The notes under the pieces: generated by a model
Told to the model about the DNA's origin: nothing
The model's database searches: none
Seen by the model: only the letters and a program-made list of their open reading frames with translations
Part shown: piece after piece, positions 1-13,187 of the stretch
Numbering within the stretch: the stretch's first letter is position 1
Layout: each line of letters begins with the position of its first letter
Translations under genes and position numbers: made by a program
Source of the DNA: Hydrolagus colliei
Taxonomy: Eukaryota
NCBI GenBank assembly: GCA_035084275.1
Contig: CM068749.1
Coordinates: forward strand, 19,468,001 to 19,532,000
Length of the DNA: 64,000 bases
Reading direction: 5' to 3'

Positions 1-351
1 GTGAGGGATGTATTCTCATTCTTAAAAAAAACCTTACACGGGTGGATGAGATTGTGAAAGTTGGCAAGGAAAGAGAACGAATGTAGTGCACAAACCCTTG
101 TATGTTTGGAGATTTCCAATTAATCTTCCTTAGAAGGGATCAAGCTGCACATAACTGTTATGTTAACATTTAAATATTCATTAACCCATCATCTTGGGTA
201 CCGACCTAACTAATGCTGCCAGTCCCACTTGCGATCTACCCAAATAATTACAGCAGCAATCTAATAAGAGTTTATATTATTGCAGTCGTCTGCAGCCAAA
301 GGTTCAGAATTGTGTGATTTAGCCAATTGGGTTTAACCATAAACAACCATT

Positions 352-525
352 TATAATAACCATAATCCTTGCGTTTCATATAGCACCTTCGAGATGTCTC
401 AAAGCGCTTCGCAAAGCTTTCACTGTAAAGCGAATTGACTGTATATTTTGCGGCCAAAATACAGCAGCCAATTGCGCACAGCAGTGTCCAAAAACAGTTG
501 TGGATTGAGTGACCAAATTATTAGT
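352..525 (-). mobile_element. tRNA/Deu-type SINE, 3' half
   Basis: Reverse complement of the family core (ggacactgctgtgcgcaattggctgc) and tail (ctatatgaaacgcaaggattat). Confidence 0.85.
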
Positions 526-756
526 AGTAGTATTATTTCCTTTTTGTTTACTTGTAAAAAGAAGGGAATAAAAATAATTGCTTAAATAATATCAAATGAT
601 GCACAACACGGCCAAAAAATGTCACATTTATTCCTCATTTGTTACACAATGAAAAAGGCCAATTTACTCAAACTATGCTTGTTCAGGGAGGCGAGTGAAT
701 TCATCCCTTCAAGTACTCAATGTGTGTTTTGCAGTTTTCAAAATAAGCAAGGGCAC

Positions 757-960
757 CCTTGCATTTGAAACCGAGCTGTCACTTTGGGAGATGTCCCAAA
801 GCATTTCACATGTGACGATCGTGCATTTTGTAGGTGATCATGGCAGCAAATTTGGACACAGCAATGGCCCACAAACAGCCATGAAATGAATAACCAATTT
901 GATCTGGAGGATTGTTGGCCAGTTTTGCAGGGAGAATTTCCCTCTTCTTTTTGAATACAT
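757..960 (-). mobile_element. Old, diverged Deu-domain SINE relic
   Basis: The segment gcagcaaatttggacacagcaatggcccacaaacagc resembles the Deu core seen in AmnSINE/SacSINE-type elements, and is adjacent to a degenerate tail. Confidence 0.6.
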
Positions 961-3085
961 GTCCATCAAACTTTCAAATATAACTTGTGAAGCACTTTGA
1001 GAATTCTCCTGATGTGAAATTTCCTATATTAATTACAAGGATTAGTATCATTTTTACAATTTAAGCCCTAAATGTAATATAGATATTCCTGCGCTGAGAG
1101 TAGGAGGAATGCTTGATACAATAGGGAATACAAACTGATCATATTAATATACTGCATTCCATTTGAGTGTGCCTAGGATAGTAATGTATATGGGATTTTA
1201 CCACTGGGAACACTGTAGCATCTAATAATTTACAAACATCGTTAACTAATAATACAATTTCAATAAAATCAATCAAAATCACATTACCTAAATTTAAATT
1301 TTCTGGCAACTGGGCTGTAATAGCCAGGATGATACCAAAGAGATAAGGAACTGGCAGTGTAAACTAACTTAAGTAGCCTAAAGGCAATATTCTAACATGT
1401 CTACATGGAGGCACTTTGGACAATGATACAGCGGTGAATACCAATAAGCCCTATACACTGAAAATTCTGGTATCTTTACATGCCACCTGCCGAGAGACCA
1501 AACCAGAAGTCGTGTAGAGTTATTACTTTGGTTTAGGAGTTTTTTTTCTCTCACATAAACGTTATGGCAATTTGTCTCAAATTCCCAACATGCTGCTTAA
1601 AATACACACTGTGCGTTCTGACGGTATGTAGCACACACGGAGCAATTCACGTATTGAATTGCGTTAATGAAAATTGACTGCACAGGAATTCCGCAGTTAA
1701 AGAGGAGACACAATAAGGAATAGTAAATTATCTAGATGGTGCCATTTCTGAGGAGGACCTCATAACTCAGCGGTGACTAAGTTCCCCGCTGTGTATTCTG
1801 TTTAACAGATATGAATAATGTAATATTAAAATAAATGATTTTATTTAAATATTTCTCCCCCGTGGGACTATAAGATGCTGGAGTCAGATTAATACTTCTT
1901 GTGATGACAAGCGGAGTGCAATACCTCCCTTCTCCTTCGGCAGTGACTGGATTTCCATTTTTCAAATGATCTGACTAAAAATGGAGGTCGGTGGAGGGGT
2001 GGGTGGGGGGGGAAGGGGGGTGTCAATCTTCCCAATGATGTGTCCCTGACAGTATGCATTTTGAGCAGTGTTAAACTGTACAGGGTTAGGGACTGGTGTA
2101 GTATTAATGAAAATGGTGCTGTACATCAACTTATCCGTCACTTTTGTACTGGAGTAATGTGGGGTTCAAGAACCACATATTTGCAATCGGCTTTCTGGTG
2201 TGTGGCTGAGTTGAAGGTTCGACAGCTTGAGGATGGTTCACTTAACTTACAAAGCTCGGTGTTGCGCACCCAATTGTAAGGAAATCTTTTCTATTAGCGA
2301 GTATAGCACTAAGTCACATATAAATGTAAGAGCCCAGGGTCTGTACTGATTTAAATGATCTGCAGTGGCAGTAAGTGCAGAGACTTTGATGTCCCCTAGG
2401 CTATTTTTGTGGGGGTTTTGGGCTTCAGTTGGAGTCTAACACACACAGAAACCCAGCACCATGCTTAAGAATATCTAAACCGAACTGAGCCAGTAACATT
2501 GAGCTATGTATATATAGACATAAGGTTAGGACAAGGCCGTGCCATGGTCAAATATTCGCTTGTCACTCACAGGACAGGCTCAATCAGGAAGAGTGTCTAT
2601 TTGGACTAGGGCACAGCAAGGCTTCAGAAGAGAAGAGAAGAGGAGGGCAGAAAGTAAAAATGTTCCGCTAAATTCACAGGAGAAGATTCTTACTCAATCT
2701 TTGTGTTCTAGTGTGAGGTTCTAGATGCTTTTCTTTTGCTACCCAAGCTTTACTGGCAAGTTTTACTTACAACAAAACTCAAGGATATATTAATATGCAA
2801 TATATTGCGTAATTAATTGAACAGGCTGCTGGTTTAAACCCTCTCACCAACAAAATCTTTTTGAACAAAATGTACCCAGGTGACATTAATTTGGTTTCTA
2901 ATGAAATTCAGCTTTTTAATTATTAAAAAGCAACAAAAATAGATGTAATTCAACAGAATTTTGCCAAACAGTGCAGGTTCTTCTGTCAGAGGCAATTACC
3001 ACATGAAGTATTTTGAGATGCCGGTAAGGAATGAAAGGACAAGTAAGCAGAGCTACTCAGCGGGTGACTGATGAGCCTCACTGAC

Positions 3086-3270
3086 CTGTAAGTATTTGTG
3101 AATGTGCCACGAAGCCTGCTTCCCGTCATTCACAGACTCGACGGTTGTGTTAGCCAAACCAGCAACGTCGCCACCTGCAAATACCCACGGCTCGCTGGCC
3201 TGCATGGTTTCCGAATCAATCTCTGGGAAGCCCCATCTGTTGAACTTAATGCTGGAGATGGCGTCCTTGA
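3086..3270 (-). CDS. DPYD: DPYD coding exon 12 (185 nt)
   Basis: Encodes (V)[61 protein letters not shown], with the FAGGD FAD motif. Donor is CAG|gtcagt. Confidence 0.98.
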
Positions 3271-6200
3271 CTATTTTTAAGACAAAAAACGAATAGAGCA
3301 CAAGTTCAGTTGACAAAATATTGCATCTCCTGCTACAATTTAAAATAAGTGAGTTTACAAAACCAACCGGAGAAGGTATCAAGAGACCTATCAGTACTCG
3401 ACACATATCTCTATAAAGGGGAGGACACCAAATGATCTATTATGCATCTAAATAGGGCTGCATATAAACACATATAACCTAGTTTTCCTCGTACTCAGCT
3501 GAACTGTGCCTCACATGCAATTCACTAGAATGAAAGAGCGAGCAGATATAGTGCTGAGAGTGCTGAAATCTTAGGCAGTGATCAAGTCCCAGGCTTTATT
3601 GACATTCGCTCTCTATCTGTCCCTTTTGTAATTGGGTTGTGAGGGAAGAGGCTGAGGGAAAAATAGCAGTGGCACTTCTGAACGAGAAACTAACAGCCCC
3701 CATCTTCCCACCTTCAGGGCAATGGAAGGTAGTATGCAAATGGCTCCCGATAAGGGACCGTTCCAATTTTCTTAAAGAAGCAAAAATGGTGTTGGGTTAT
3801 TTAATCAGTTGATTGAAAGTTAGTTCATACCATAAGTGAATTATTATCAAATCCATTTGGTAAATAGGGCAATGCAATTTATATTTCTGGTTACAGGCTG
3901 TAAACTACCAACTCAGGATCAGGACGAGAACAATTTCATAGATTAAACACTGATAGATTGAAGACAAACATATTTAATTCCTAACAAAATCAAGCATAGG
4001 TACACTGGAGACTGATAGCACAATGTAAATTGTCACAACACGTGATGAAGATCTAGCGCAAACGTGCAGCACATGAATATAGATAACTTAAACTCTGTGT
4101 TGATAATAGTCTGAAAATAAATTTTTGAGGGCAGTCAAAGAGATGATGATGTCGTGCTTCTTTATACAGAAATCAATACCAGTAAATATGAACTGTAGAT
4201 TCACTGGCAACATTTACACTTGATTAACACTGCAACGGTTAGTTTACACAAGGCAGCGTTTAGCCCCCTCCCCTCATCAGCGAAGCTTGGGAGAGTAAAA
4301 TTGCCTGCTGAAGTTAGAGTAGCAGTACATTTTTCTGTTGGACGCATTGTGAAAAATCATTTAGTTGTGAAAATGCCCAAATCTATACATTGTAAACCGT
4401 AAAACTGTGAATGTAGTACGAGGTAGAAGGTTCATGTAAATATATGGTGCAAGACTGGACCTGGGTTCTAATCAATGCCCCAGTGTTTTGTTTATCTCTA
4501 AGAGCTAAAAAAAATTAGAACATGATGCACGCAATTTATTTCCTATCATAAAGTTAGAACAGAACATACCATGCAATGAAAAACCAAGCACTTCCCCCCC
4601 ATATTTATGAATTCAACAACAACAAGCATTTATATAGCACCCTTCACGCCGGAGGGCTCAATTCAGTTCAATTCAGTTTTGAACTTCGAAGTCGGTTTTC
4701 TGTCATGTCTAAAAATACTTGCTTCAAACCGACTTCAAAAATGACGATTGCTGTAGTTAAGAATTTGCCAAATTCTGGATGCTCTCGAAACAGAATAAAT
4801 CATGAGAGCCAGGTGGAATCTCTCCCCGTGTATGTAGTGTGGAGCCGCCCAGCAGTAAAAATGGCCCAATTCCATTCAATCCATCCACATGAGCCTGATT
4901 GCCGAGCCTGAATTAAAGCACAGGGTCTCAGCAGGAACAAGTCTCCGAGCAATTTGAAAACCTTACAGATCCAGATTTGATTTCTTTTTTCTCCGCTTCA
5001 ATAATGAGCCAGAGAAGGAAACCTTTTAAGAGCACCCCCACTGTAACCAGAATTAATTTTCCCACTTCCTGCAGCCACCGACCTCAAGTGCAATTGCCAG
5101 TTGTGGGTAATTCTTAATTCTGTAAGCCTAAGGTCACTGAAAACTGGATTCGTATTACCACCAGCCTATTTTACATTGGACACTTTCTAGTCAGACGAGG
5201 CTGGATACAAAACCAGATGAAACACTAATGATAATGATGGATAATTAAACCTTACAGTATAAGACTCAAAGTATATTTAAAATACAAGTCGAGTCATACT
5301 TGTGTAATGGAGAGATAGGTATTAAAGTGGATGGATATCAAACACTGGGGGCTAATTTGTGTGGTCCGCAAAAGCATTTGGAGATACCTGTCACGGTTTC
5401 TGCCGGTACCTTATGTGTGTTACCTTCTGCAGGTACTTGATTCCGAGATGGTGGTCTACCTGAAGGAAACTACATACATCAATCCAATTTGCTGTTGTCG
5501 TTGGGAGAAATAAAGTGCGCAGCTGATATCGAGGGGAAGCTGGCTTTTGGATTGCAATGGATTGCAAATGAAAAAGGCGGCTTGCAAATGGGAAAAGTCC
5601 CAATTTGTGAACTGCTGCAGCTGTGCTCCCCAGCACACTCGTCCCTTTTTATTTTCCTGTGCGAAAATTACTCAATGTTGTAAACTCCTGAATGACAGTA
5701 TATGGCACCAGTTATTCTCCCGGCCCTGAGTCAGGTGAAGTGTCAGATCACACAAAAAAAAACCTGCTGACAACGAGATATAAAAAAAAGCTGCTTTATT
5801 ACAGTTGACCTTGAAACAAAATAATGCATGTTCTCCTAACCTCCAGCTATGCGAGAGTAGCAGAGAACACACGGGGAAAGAGATTTCTCCACCCCGGACT
5901 TGAAACTTTGTCTTTAGGGAACTGCGGCAAGTGAAGCGTTTGGGAGGCTAGATCCCGGTCGTCAGGTCTAGTCTCCGACTTGTAATTTTCTGTGTCCTTT
6001 GCCGGCATGAACATTTAAAGTCCAATTGTTTTTCAGTGGGATCTAACTTTCGAAAAGCCAATTTGCGACACACCGCAAATGGCCTTGCAAAATCCATTAA
6101 AAAAAAACAGCAACAACAAATGTCCCTTTGGTGCTTGTGATACACAATTCCTTGCCTTTTTCCTGCAAACAAAAGAATTTGTCCATGAAACTCATACTCT

Positions 6201-6744
6201 GGTGTTCTGACTGAAAAAAATATCAAAAAGCATAACATAAGCGCTCTTAAAACATCGATTTCCCATCTAATTGCTTTGACTGCAATCCTCAAGGACCCCT
6301 TTTCTTAATTTCTTTTCATTAATATTTCTGTTCGGACGTCTCAAACTGAAAAGCATGTCAAACCCTACAAAATATATATATATATTTTAATTAGGCTGTG
6401 AATTTCTCTCTTGAAGAATCTCATATCATAATCCAGATTTCAATTATTTCAACAATACTTTCAACAATATTTCAACTCTGCAGTGAACTGACAGTAACAT
6501 TTGAATTAATTGAGTCAACTCCATTCAGAAGTTCACATATTCATTTCAAATATTCCATAGGACTTCAATTATTTATGTGGCTCATAACCATGGATAAATA
6601 TTGACTTTTGTAGTGTCAAACATTCCAAAAAGTCTAATAACTTATTTTTGCTGAAACCATGCAGACAGATTGGTTTTCACGTAATGGAAGGTACATCCGA
6701 CACACCATAAAACCACAGAAATTTACAGCACAGAAAGTGGCCAT

Positions 6745-6870
6745 TCAACAACAACAACAAAATTGCACTTATATAGCGCCTTTCACGTTGGGAGGACGTC
6801 CCAAAGCGTTGAACAGTCAGGTTGGGACCTGAGCTGGGGAGTGGGGGTGGTGGGGAGGGGTAGGGGGAAG
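6745..6870 (-). mobile_element. L2-like 3' tail with G-rich spacer
   Basis: (AAC)n followed by aattgcacttatatagcgcctttcacgttgggaggacgtcccaaagcg. A CR1-like 3' end stub precedes it at about 6710-6745. Confidence 0.75.
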
Positions 6871-9800
6871 TGCAGTTGTGGGCTCATTGTATGTGTGCCA
6901 GCTCTCTCTCGAGCTTTTTTTCTCCTAAAAAAGGTCCATAACAAAACCAATATGGATATTGCCTCCTTTCCATTCTATCATTCCTACCCTATCTGAATAT
7001 TGTTCAACAGCGCAAAATATGGATCACAATTTGTCCTGAATAGGTCAACCAAAGAAGAAATGAAGAATTCAACTAGTGCTATCCCAAGATAAGAAAATAA
7101 TCGCAACCATGCGCAAATAATGGCTAGTATAATGGCAATGCGAAGCTAGGATTTCCAACTTGTTCGGGCTTTGGGATACAGTGCTTCAGAATATGGCTAT
7201 AGCTTCAAGTATCATCGATGAGCCTGGAATTACTTTTAGAGCACTTTATCTCGGAGCCACGAATGCTTAACTTCTCATGTCAAATCCAATTCAGGTTAAG
7301 ACCTCATTCTGAGACCACGCACAACACACAAACAGATACACGTTACTAGCTCCCTCAGCAGAGGAGGAGATGGAGGAGGAAAGAGGTTTTAATGGAAAAC
7401 TTTATCTTTTCGCTAGTTGGGGCAACTTTACGCAATGTTTTTTCACCCAGTTTTCAGCGCGAAAGCACATTCAAGCTGCTGGCAAGTCAGTCGCCTTAAC
7501 AATTTCTTTGAATCCAGGAATTATAATACAGTATTCACTCTTATCACTAAAACATTGACTATCCACAAGCGTACACGGCAACTATTGACAATTTTTTAAA
7601 ATCAAATTACAAAGGCGTGAAACAAAAAGAAATCAATAATCAGATCTTAACATGGTGTAGTATAAGGAAGTACTAGTATAAACAGCTAGTGTAAAAAGAT
7701 TATTAGTATAAAAAGCTAGTGTCTGGAAGGAAAAAGGAACCCACAAATGAATATTTGAAGGAAATTACAAAAACAAGACTTGCTTAACAATCCACATAAT
7801 AAAATGAAGCTTCAAAGGTAAAATCCATACAGACAATTGATACGCTTATGTTTCAGCACCACTGACGATATCATTAACTGGAATAAGTAAGCTGTAAAGA
7901 CAAAGAGGTTGTTACATTCATCTCAAAAAACCATGAACGTGATTTCGAAGCAAATCTCCAGTGTGAACCGACGAGTGGCACAGAAACCAAAATCTACATT
8001 ACAATCAGGTAGGAGAACTTCATTTGGAGCTACTCCCACAACTGATTGTGCAGAAAATGGTGAGCAATGTTTAATACCGCTATTGTGAAGTGCTCTGAGA
8101 CGCCATCCGACATGGAGGGTGCTATATAAATCAAAGTTGTTGTTGTTAATTGCTTCCTGAATCCGAAAAGAACATTCACATTCAATGGGAATGTGGGACA
8201 AATGGGAATCAAGAGAGACAGAAATGCAATGTTCAAGTGTGTGTTGCTGTATTCCATTTCCACAGTTGCCCTGGAAAGGGAGATGGACTCCACAGTGATT
8301 CCCTGAGCTTTACTATTTCATACCATTCTTACATCTCTGCTATTGAAACATAGCTTGCTTTTCTCTAGACGACACCCCCTGCTCAACCCCCACCCCGCCC
8401 CAACATCTCCAACAACACAGAAATCATTGCAACCCTGCTGAGTATTTGTTCATCTCCATTTGCAGCTATCCGCATATCCTTTGAGAACATTGTTCTCGGG
8501 CAGGTACTTATTTATACAGTGCTTTCTGAAGGAGTTAATCAATTCAGCATCAACTGCTTTTGTTGTGAGTCTGTTCCACATATGTTTGCTTGATAGTAAT
8601 CTGTTTTTAGAGATTCACAGCAGCAGAGGTTAAACAGAGGGAGCAAGAGACTCTTGCGAGAGACAAGAAATAAAATAAAACAATGAGTTATCTTTATCGA
8701 GTTAAATCACATTCCAAAGCAACTATTGTCCGCGTCAGTCATTTTTTAAAAGACATTTAAAGTGGATAAAAACCAAAGATTTTTTTTGGAAACTATGTGT
8801 ATTTCATTGTTACAACTAATTATATATCCATGTAATGCCTGTTCAATTTGCACTTGTTTAAACAGCAGAAATGCTCATTAGATGCAGTATATCTGTAATG
8901 CTTCAGTAAACAGTTTAATGGCTGTGATGTTTAACCAATTTCAGGAAGTCTCTGTAATTTCAGCTTTAGCAGCTCATTAATGTAAATTTTTGATACTCAG
9001 TATACAGATGATTTTGCTGCAAATTGACACCTTTCATCTTATTAAACCCCAAAATGTCACCGTTTGTGTGCATTATTTGAGACTGCTCACATACAAAGGT
9101 ACCTGTGGAAAGATTTACAATCAAAGAGTATAGTGAGTCTCTCCGTAGTTCTACATATTGAATTTTTTTTGTCGTGATTATTAGATCCCTGCTGGAAAAA
9201 ACTAAATTGTACTATTAGATTTTTATTATACTAAAGTGCAACATTATCACAGTTTTATTATTGTCTATCAACCAATCATGCGACTGACATTTCTTTAGCA
9301 GAGTAATCTGTATCACATCGCCCATTAGAGAAAGCTGGCAAATAAAGATAAGCAGAGCTTCAGTGAAGCAATTTTTCAACTGTGATTCACATGGGGATGT
9401 TGTCCAATCATTCAGAAGGTCATTAAGGAAAATTCAAAAAACAATGCTAAGCGTTTTCTCATTAAAAACCTCCAAACAATGCCTTTGGAATTTTCTTTAA
9501 AAAAAATTTAACAGCAACGATAAACCAGTCTCCAAAGGTTTTCCCAAATTTTATTAGTTTTAGCCTTTGGGAAAAAAAAGCCCCAGAAAAAAATCTTTCG
9601 ATACCAGTTGTCACAGATTCCTCACTGCAGAAATAGTTGATTAAAATCAATGGCATATTATTTCAGTTGAGTAGACTATTTGACCCTTATTTATGACTGG
9701 TATTAATAATAATCCTAGGATTTGTTACAACGCCTTTCACATTGAAGGGCGTCTCAGAGTGCTTCATATGATGTACTGTAAAGTGTGTTTTGCAGGCGAA

Positions 9801-10090
9801 CGCCTGTGGACTATTTTTCCAGGAATAAAACATCAGTTATGTGGCGAGTGTAAGTGCGAGGATTCTACCTGCACAACCTCAAAGTTAAACATCACTTACA
9901 CTCAGATCAATGGATCTTTTTAAAGAAAGAACTATAGAAATTTGCTGCTGTGAATTCTCAATCTGTGTTTTTTAAAAAAGCCAATCTGCCTTTAATGTAA
10001 TGCTTAAAATCATCCTATCAATTCTAAGTGAATGTAATATGGAAATTGGCATGTTGGGAGGCAGGTAACTAGTTTATTGAAGCTTGAAGT

Positions 10091-10455
10091 GGAGGCTTGT
10101 AGCTCTGTAGTTAGAGCACTCGCCTTGCAAGCGAAAGGAACAGGGTTCGATTCTCGGCAGGGCGAAATTTTGGGCAAGTTTCCTTACTCCATACACTTCT
10201 GCTTACCTAGTACAGTAGTAAATAGGAACCTGGTTGTTAGCCGATTAGTGGATCACTTTTCCGGGGGTAATAATTTGGTCACTCAATCCACGAATGTTTG
10301 TGGGACACTGCTAAGTGCAGTTGGCTGCCATGTTTCACTCATAAGATATACAGCAGTCAATTCACTTTATAGTATATTCTGTGAAATGCTTTGAGACGTC
10401 TCGAAGACGTGGTAAGGCGTTATATCAAATGCAAGGATTACTGTTATTTTATTAT
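10091..10455 (+). mobile_element. Full-length tRNA/Deu SINE with a variant middle segment
   Basis: Pol III A box (tagctctgtagttagagc) and B box (ggttcgattc), Deu core and tail (tatatcaaatgcaaggatta). Confidence 0.9.
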
Positions 10456-10891
10456 AAATGCACAAGCGACTTTGTTTGCTCTGGTAGATCTCGATGGGCC
10501 ATCAACATTTTCAAAAGTTTGCAACTCTCACTTTCTGTTTGGTTGTGAACTCTCTGTTTAAACATCAGTCACATTTGCCAGATGTGGCCAGACAATCTTC
10601 CGTCCACTCACTTTCTGTTGGTTGCAAAATTCCTGGTTTCCAAACCAGTCAACAAAAAATGCAGACGAGAGGGACAAGATTAGGTAGCGATAATTTCAAA
10701 ATAATTAAAAACAAAATAGGTTATATTTTTACTCATACAAAGTTATAAAAATTAGAATCTACTTAAAAAGCCAGGAATATAACTTCGGAAGACAACTTTC
10801 CAAATGTTATCCACTGTTCAAAAATTTCTTGGTGATACAAGTAATTTGAAGAAAACCGCAAATCTATACGGATCAAGTCACAAATCCTCAC

Positions 10892-11102
10892 CTGTGGGGT
10901 CACTGAGTATGGAGCCAAATGCACTGATAACAAAATCTGCTTTTAAGCGAACAATTTGCTCTTGGTCTTCAATCCAATCGCCAAAATCATTCTGCTCTGT
11001 GCGAATAAACTCCATTGCAGCAACACGCTTGTGCTTCAGGATAATCTTTCTTGGAGACAGGAAAGGAAGAAACTCGCATTTCTCTTCTTTTGCCAGCTCC
11101 AT
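10892..11102 (-). CDS. DPYD: DPYD coding exon 11 (211 nt)
   Basis: Encodes [19 protein letters not shown]...[18 protein letters not shown](V). Acceptor is ttag and donor is G|gtgagg. Confidence 0.97.
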
Positions 11103-11144
11103 CTAAAGGAAGGTTAGAGGAAAGCAGAATAGTGAAATATGGCA

Positions 11145-11668
11145 ACCACAACAATAAATTATATTTGTATAGCACTTTTCATATCAGAAGGATATCCCAA
11201 GGTACTGGACAGTCAGTGACCAATAATAATAATAATAATAATAATCCTTTGGTATAGCGCTTTTCACATCTTCTAGATTCTTAAAGCACTTCATAGAACG
11301 TACTGTAAAATGAATTGAATCAATCAATCAAAACTTACATTTATATAGCGCCTTTCAGGTCGAGAGGACGTCCCAAGGCAGTGTACAGTTAGGTAGGGAC
11401 AGGAGCAGGGGGGCTGGGGTCGGGGCAGGATGAAGGAAAATTAACTGCATATTTGTGGGCGAAACGTGGCAGCCAATTGCGCACAGCAGTGTCCCATAAA
11501 CAGTCGTGGATTGAAATGACCAATTTTATTATTGTGGGTTTTTTGGGAGTGATTATTATCAGGTGTGTGGAGAACGAAACTTGCCCTGGGTTTCGCCCTG
11601 ACTGCCTGGATTCAAACATAGGTCTCACGCTTATAAGTCGAGTGCTCTAACCACTGAGCTACAGGATT
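11145..11668 (-). mobile_element. Composite SINE/L2-tail cluster
   Basis: L2-like tail (~11145-11215), standard SINE tail (~11222-11317), second L2-like tail plus spacer (~11318-11442), then Deu core and tRNA head (~11443-11668). Confidence 0.88.
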
Positions 11669-12934
11669 GCATGAGTTTCTCCCAAGCTTAGGAATTGCTT
11701 GGATATTCTTGTTCGGTTGTTTTTGCCAATAGGCAAGGACTTCAGGGCCAAAAATAAATGGTAAAATTAACAAAATGTTTCAGTTACCCTATGGACTGTA
11801 ATTTTAGCTACCGGTTTAAAAACAATACAGAATTACATTTGTAAAGCGCCTTTCACGCCGGGAGGACGTTCCAAGGCGCTGAACGATCAGGGATTAGGAA
11901 TGTTAAAAAGTGAAATTAAAGTACAGTAATGACATTTTCTGACCAGTATTAGAATTACCTACAATTATAAAGAGATTACTTGTTACATTGCTCTTGATAA
12001 TCACCAAGTGTCAAATGTTTTCACTGGAGGTGGTTGAATTTACTGCAGCATTGTGTGACAATCCAAATAAAGGCAATACCTATCTCAGCACAGATGCTTA
12101 AATTTATTTTTAAATGGAAGAGAACAGAAAGCACTGAACACAGCAAGGGGGAAAAAGGGAGGGTGAGAAAGCTCAAACAGCAAAGGATGCTTGAAGCGTT
12201 AGACAATGTACATTTACCATCACTGTCTGTGCATTGTTAATCAAAGGTATAAGTTCTAAACAGAGTGCTCGGGCATTTACAGTACAGTATTTAGTTTGGA
12301 TTCATTATTTACTTCCTTATTTATTAATTGATTAACCTATCATATCAGAATCTACTGAGAATGTAGGAAATAAAAACAGGCATGCCAAGTCAACACAATG
12401 GGTGTTCAACATCTGAAACAACAAAAGAGATTACCACAGTTCTGTTTTTTGTTTCAGCTCCAACTCTTCTCAACCTATATTGCCACTGACAGTTCCCAGT
12501 GTACCTACTCGTAATAAATAGCACAGTGAAACTCCAGCAGCAACAATAACCAGGAAACCTGGCTGCCAACCAGCCTGCATGCTATTCCTTTTCCCCAGCA
12601 CCGACTGTGATGAGCAGCGAGTGAAATGAATGGTATATTTATGCTGTAATACGTTTTAATTGAAACAAAAAAATCAGTAATTTTTTTAAATTATTGAAGT
12701 TTGGTTGAAAGGTATGACAGAAATCTATTGAGACAGAGGTTCGAACAAGCACACACTCAGTGGCCAGTGCCAATGTTGGAATGCATGATATGGCACTCAA
12801 AGCCTTTTCTCTCACCTTCTAGAATTACAGTCAATGTCGCTTCTATTGTACCCATAAGAACAGAAAAAGTATGAAACCAAATGGGGAATGTGAACAGGTT
12901 ATTTGAAATTGTGCTTCTCACAAGCTTAGGAACT

Positions 12935-13187
12935 CAGGTCAGGGCGAAACCTTGGGTGAGTTTCCTTACTCCACATGCCTGATAATGATCCCTCAGCAAA
13001 AATTGGTCATTTCAATCCACAACTGTTTGTGGGGCACTACTGTGCGCAATTGGCTGCCGCGTGTCGCCCACATATATATATACACAATCAATTTGCTTTA
13101 CAGTATATTCTGTGAAGCGCTTTGAGAGGTCAAGAGGATGGGAAAAGTGCTATATCAAATGCACAGATTTTTAAAATTATTATTAAT
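12935..13187 (+). mobile_element. tRNA/Deu SINE, 5' truncated
   Basis: Runs from gtttccttactccac through gtgcgcaattggctgccgc to tatatcaaatgc. Confidence 0.88.

Noticed and set aside
1900-1975. gtgatga...ctga spacing resembling a C/D box snoRNA
   Set aside because: It is antisense to the host gene, has no convincing terminal stem and no guide I recognise.
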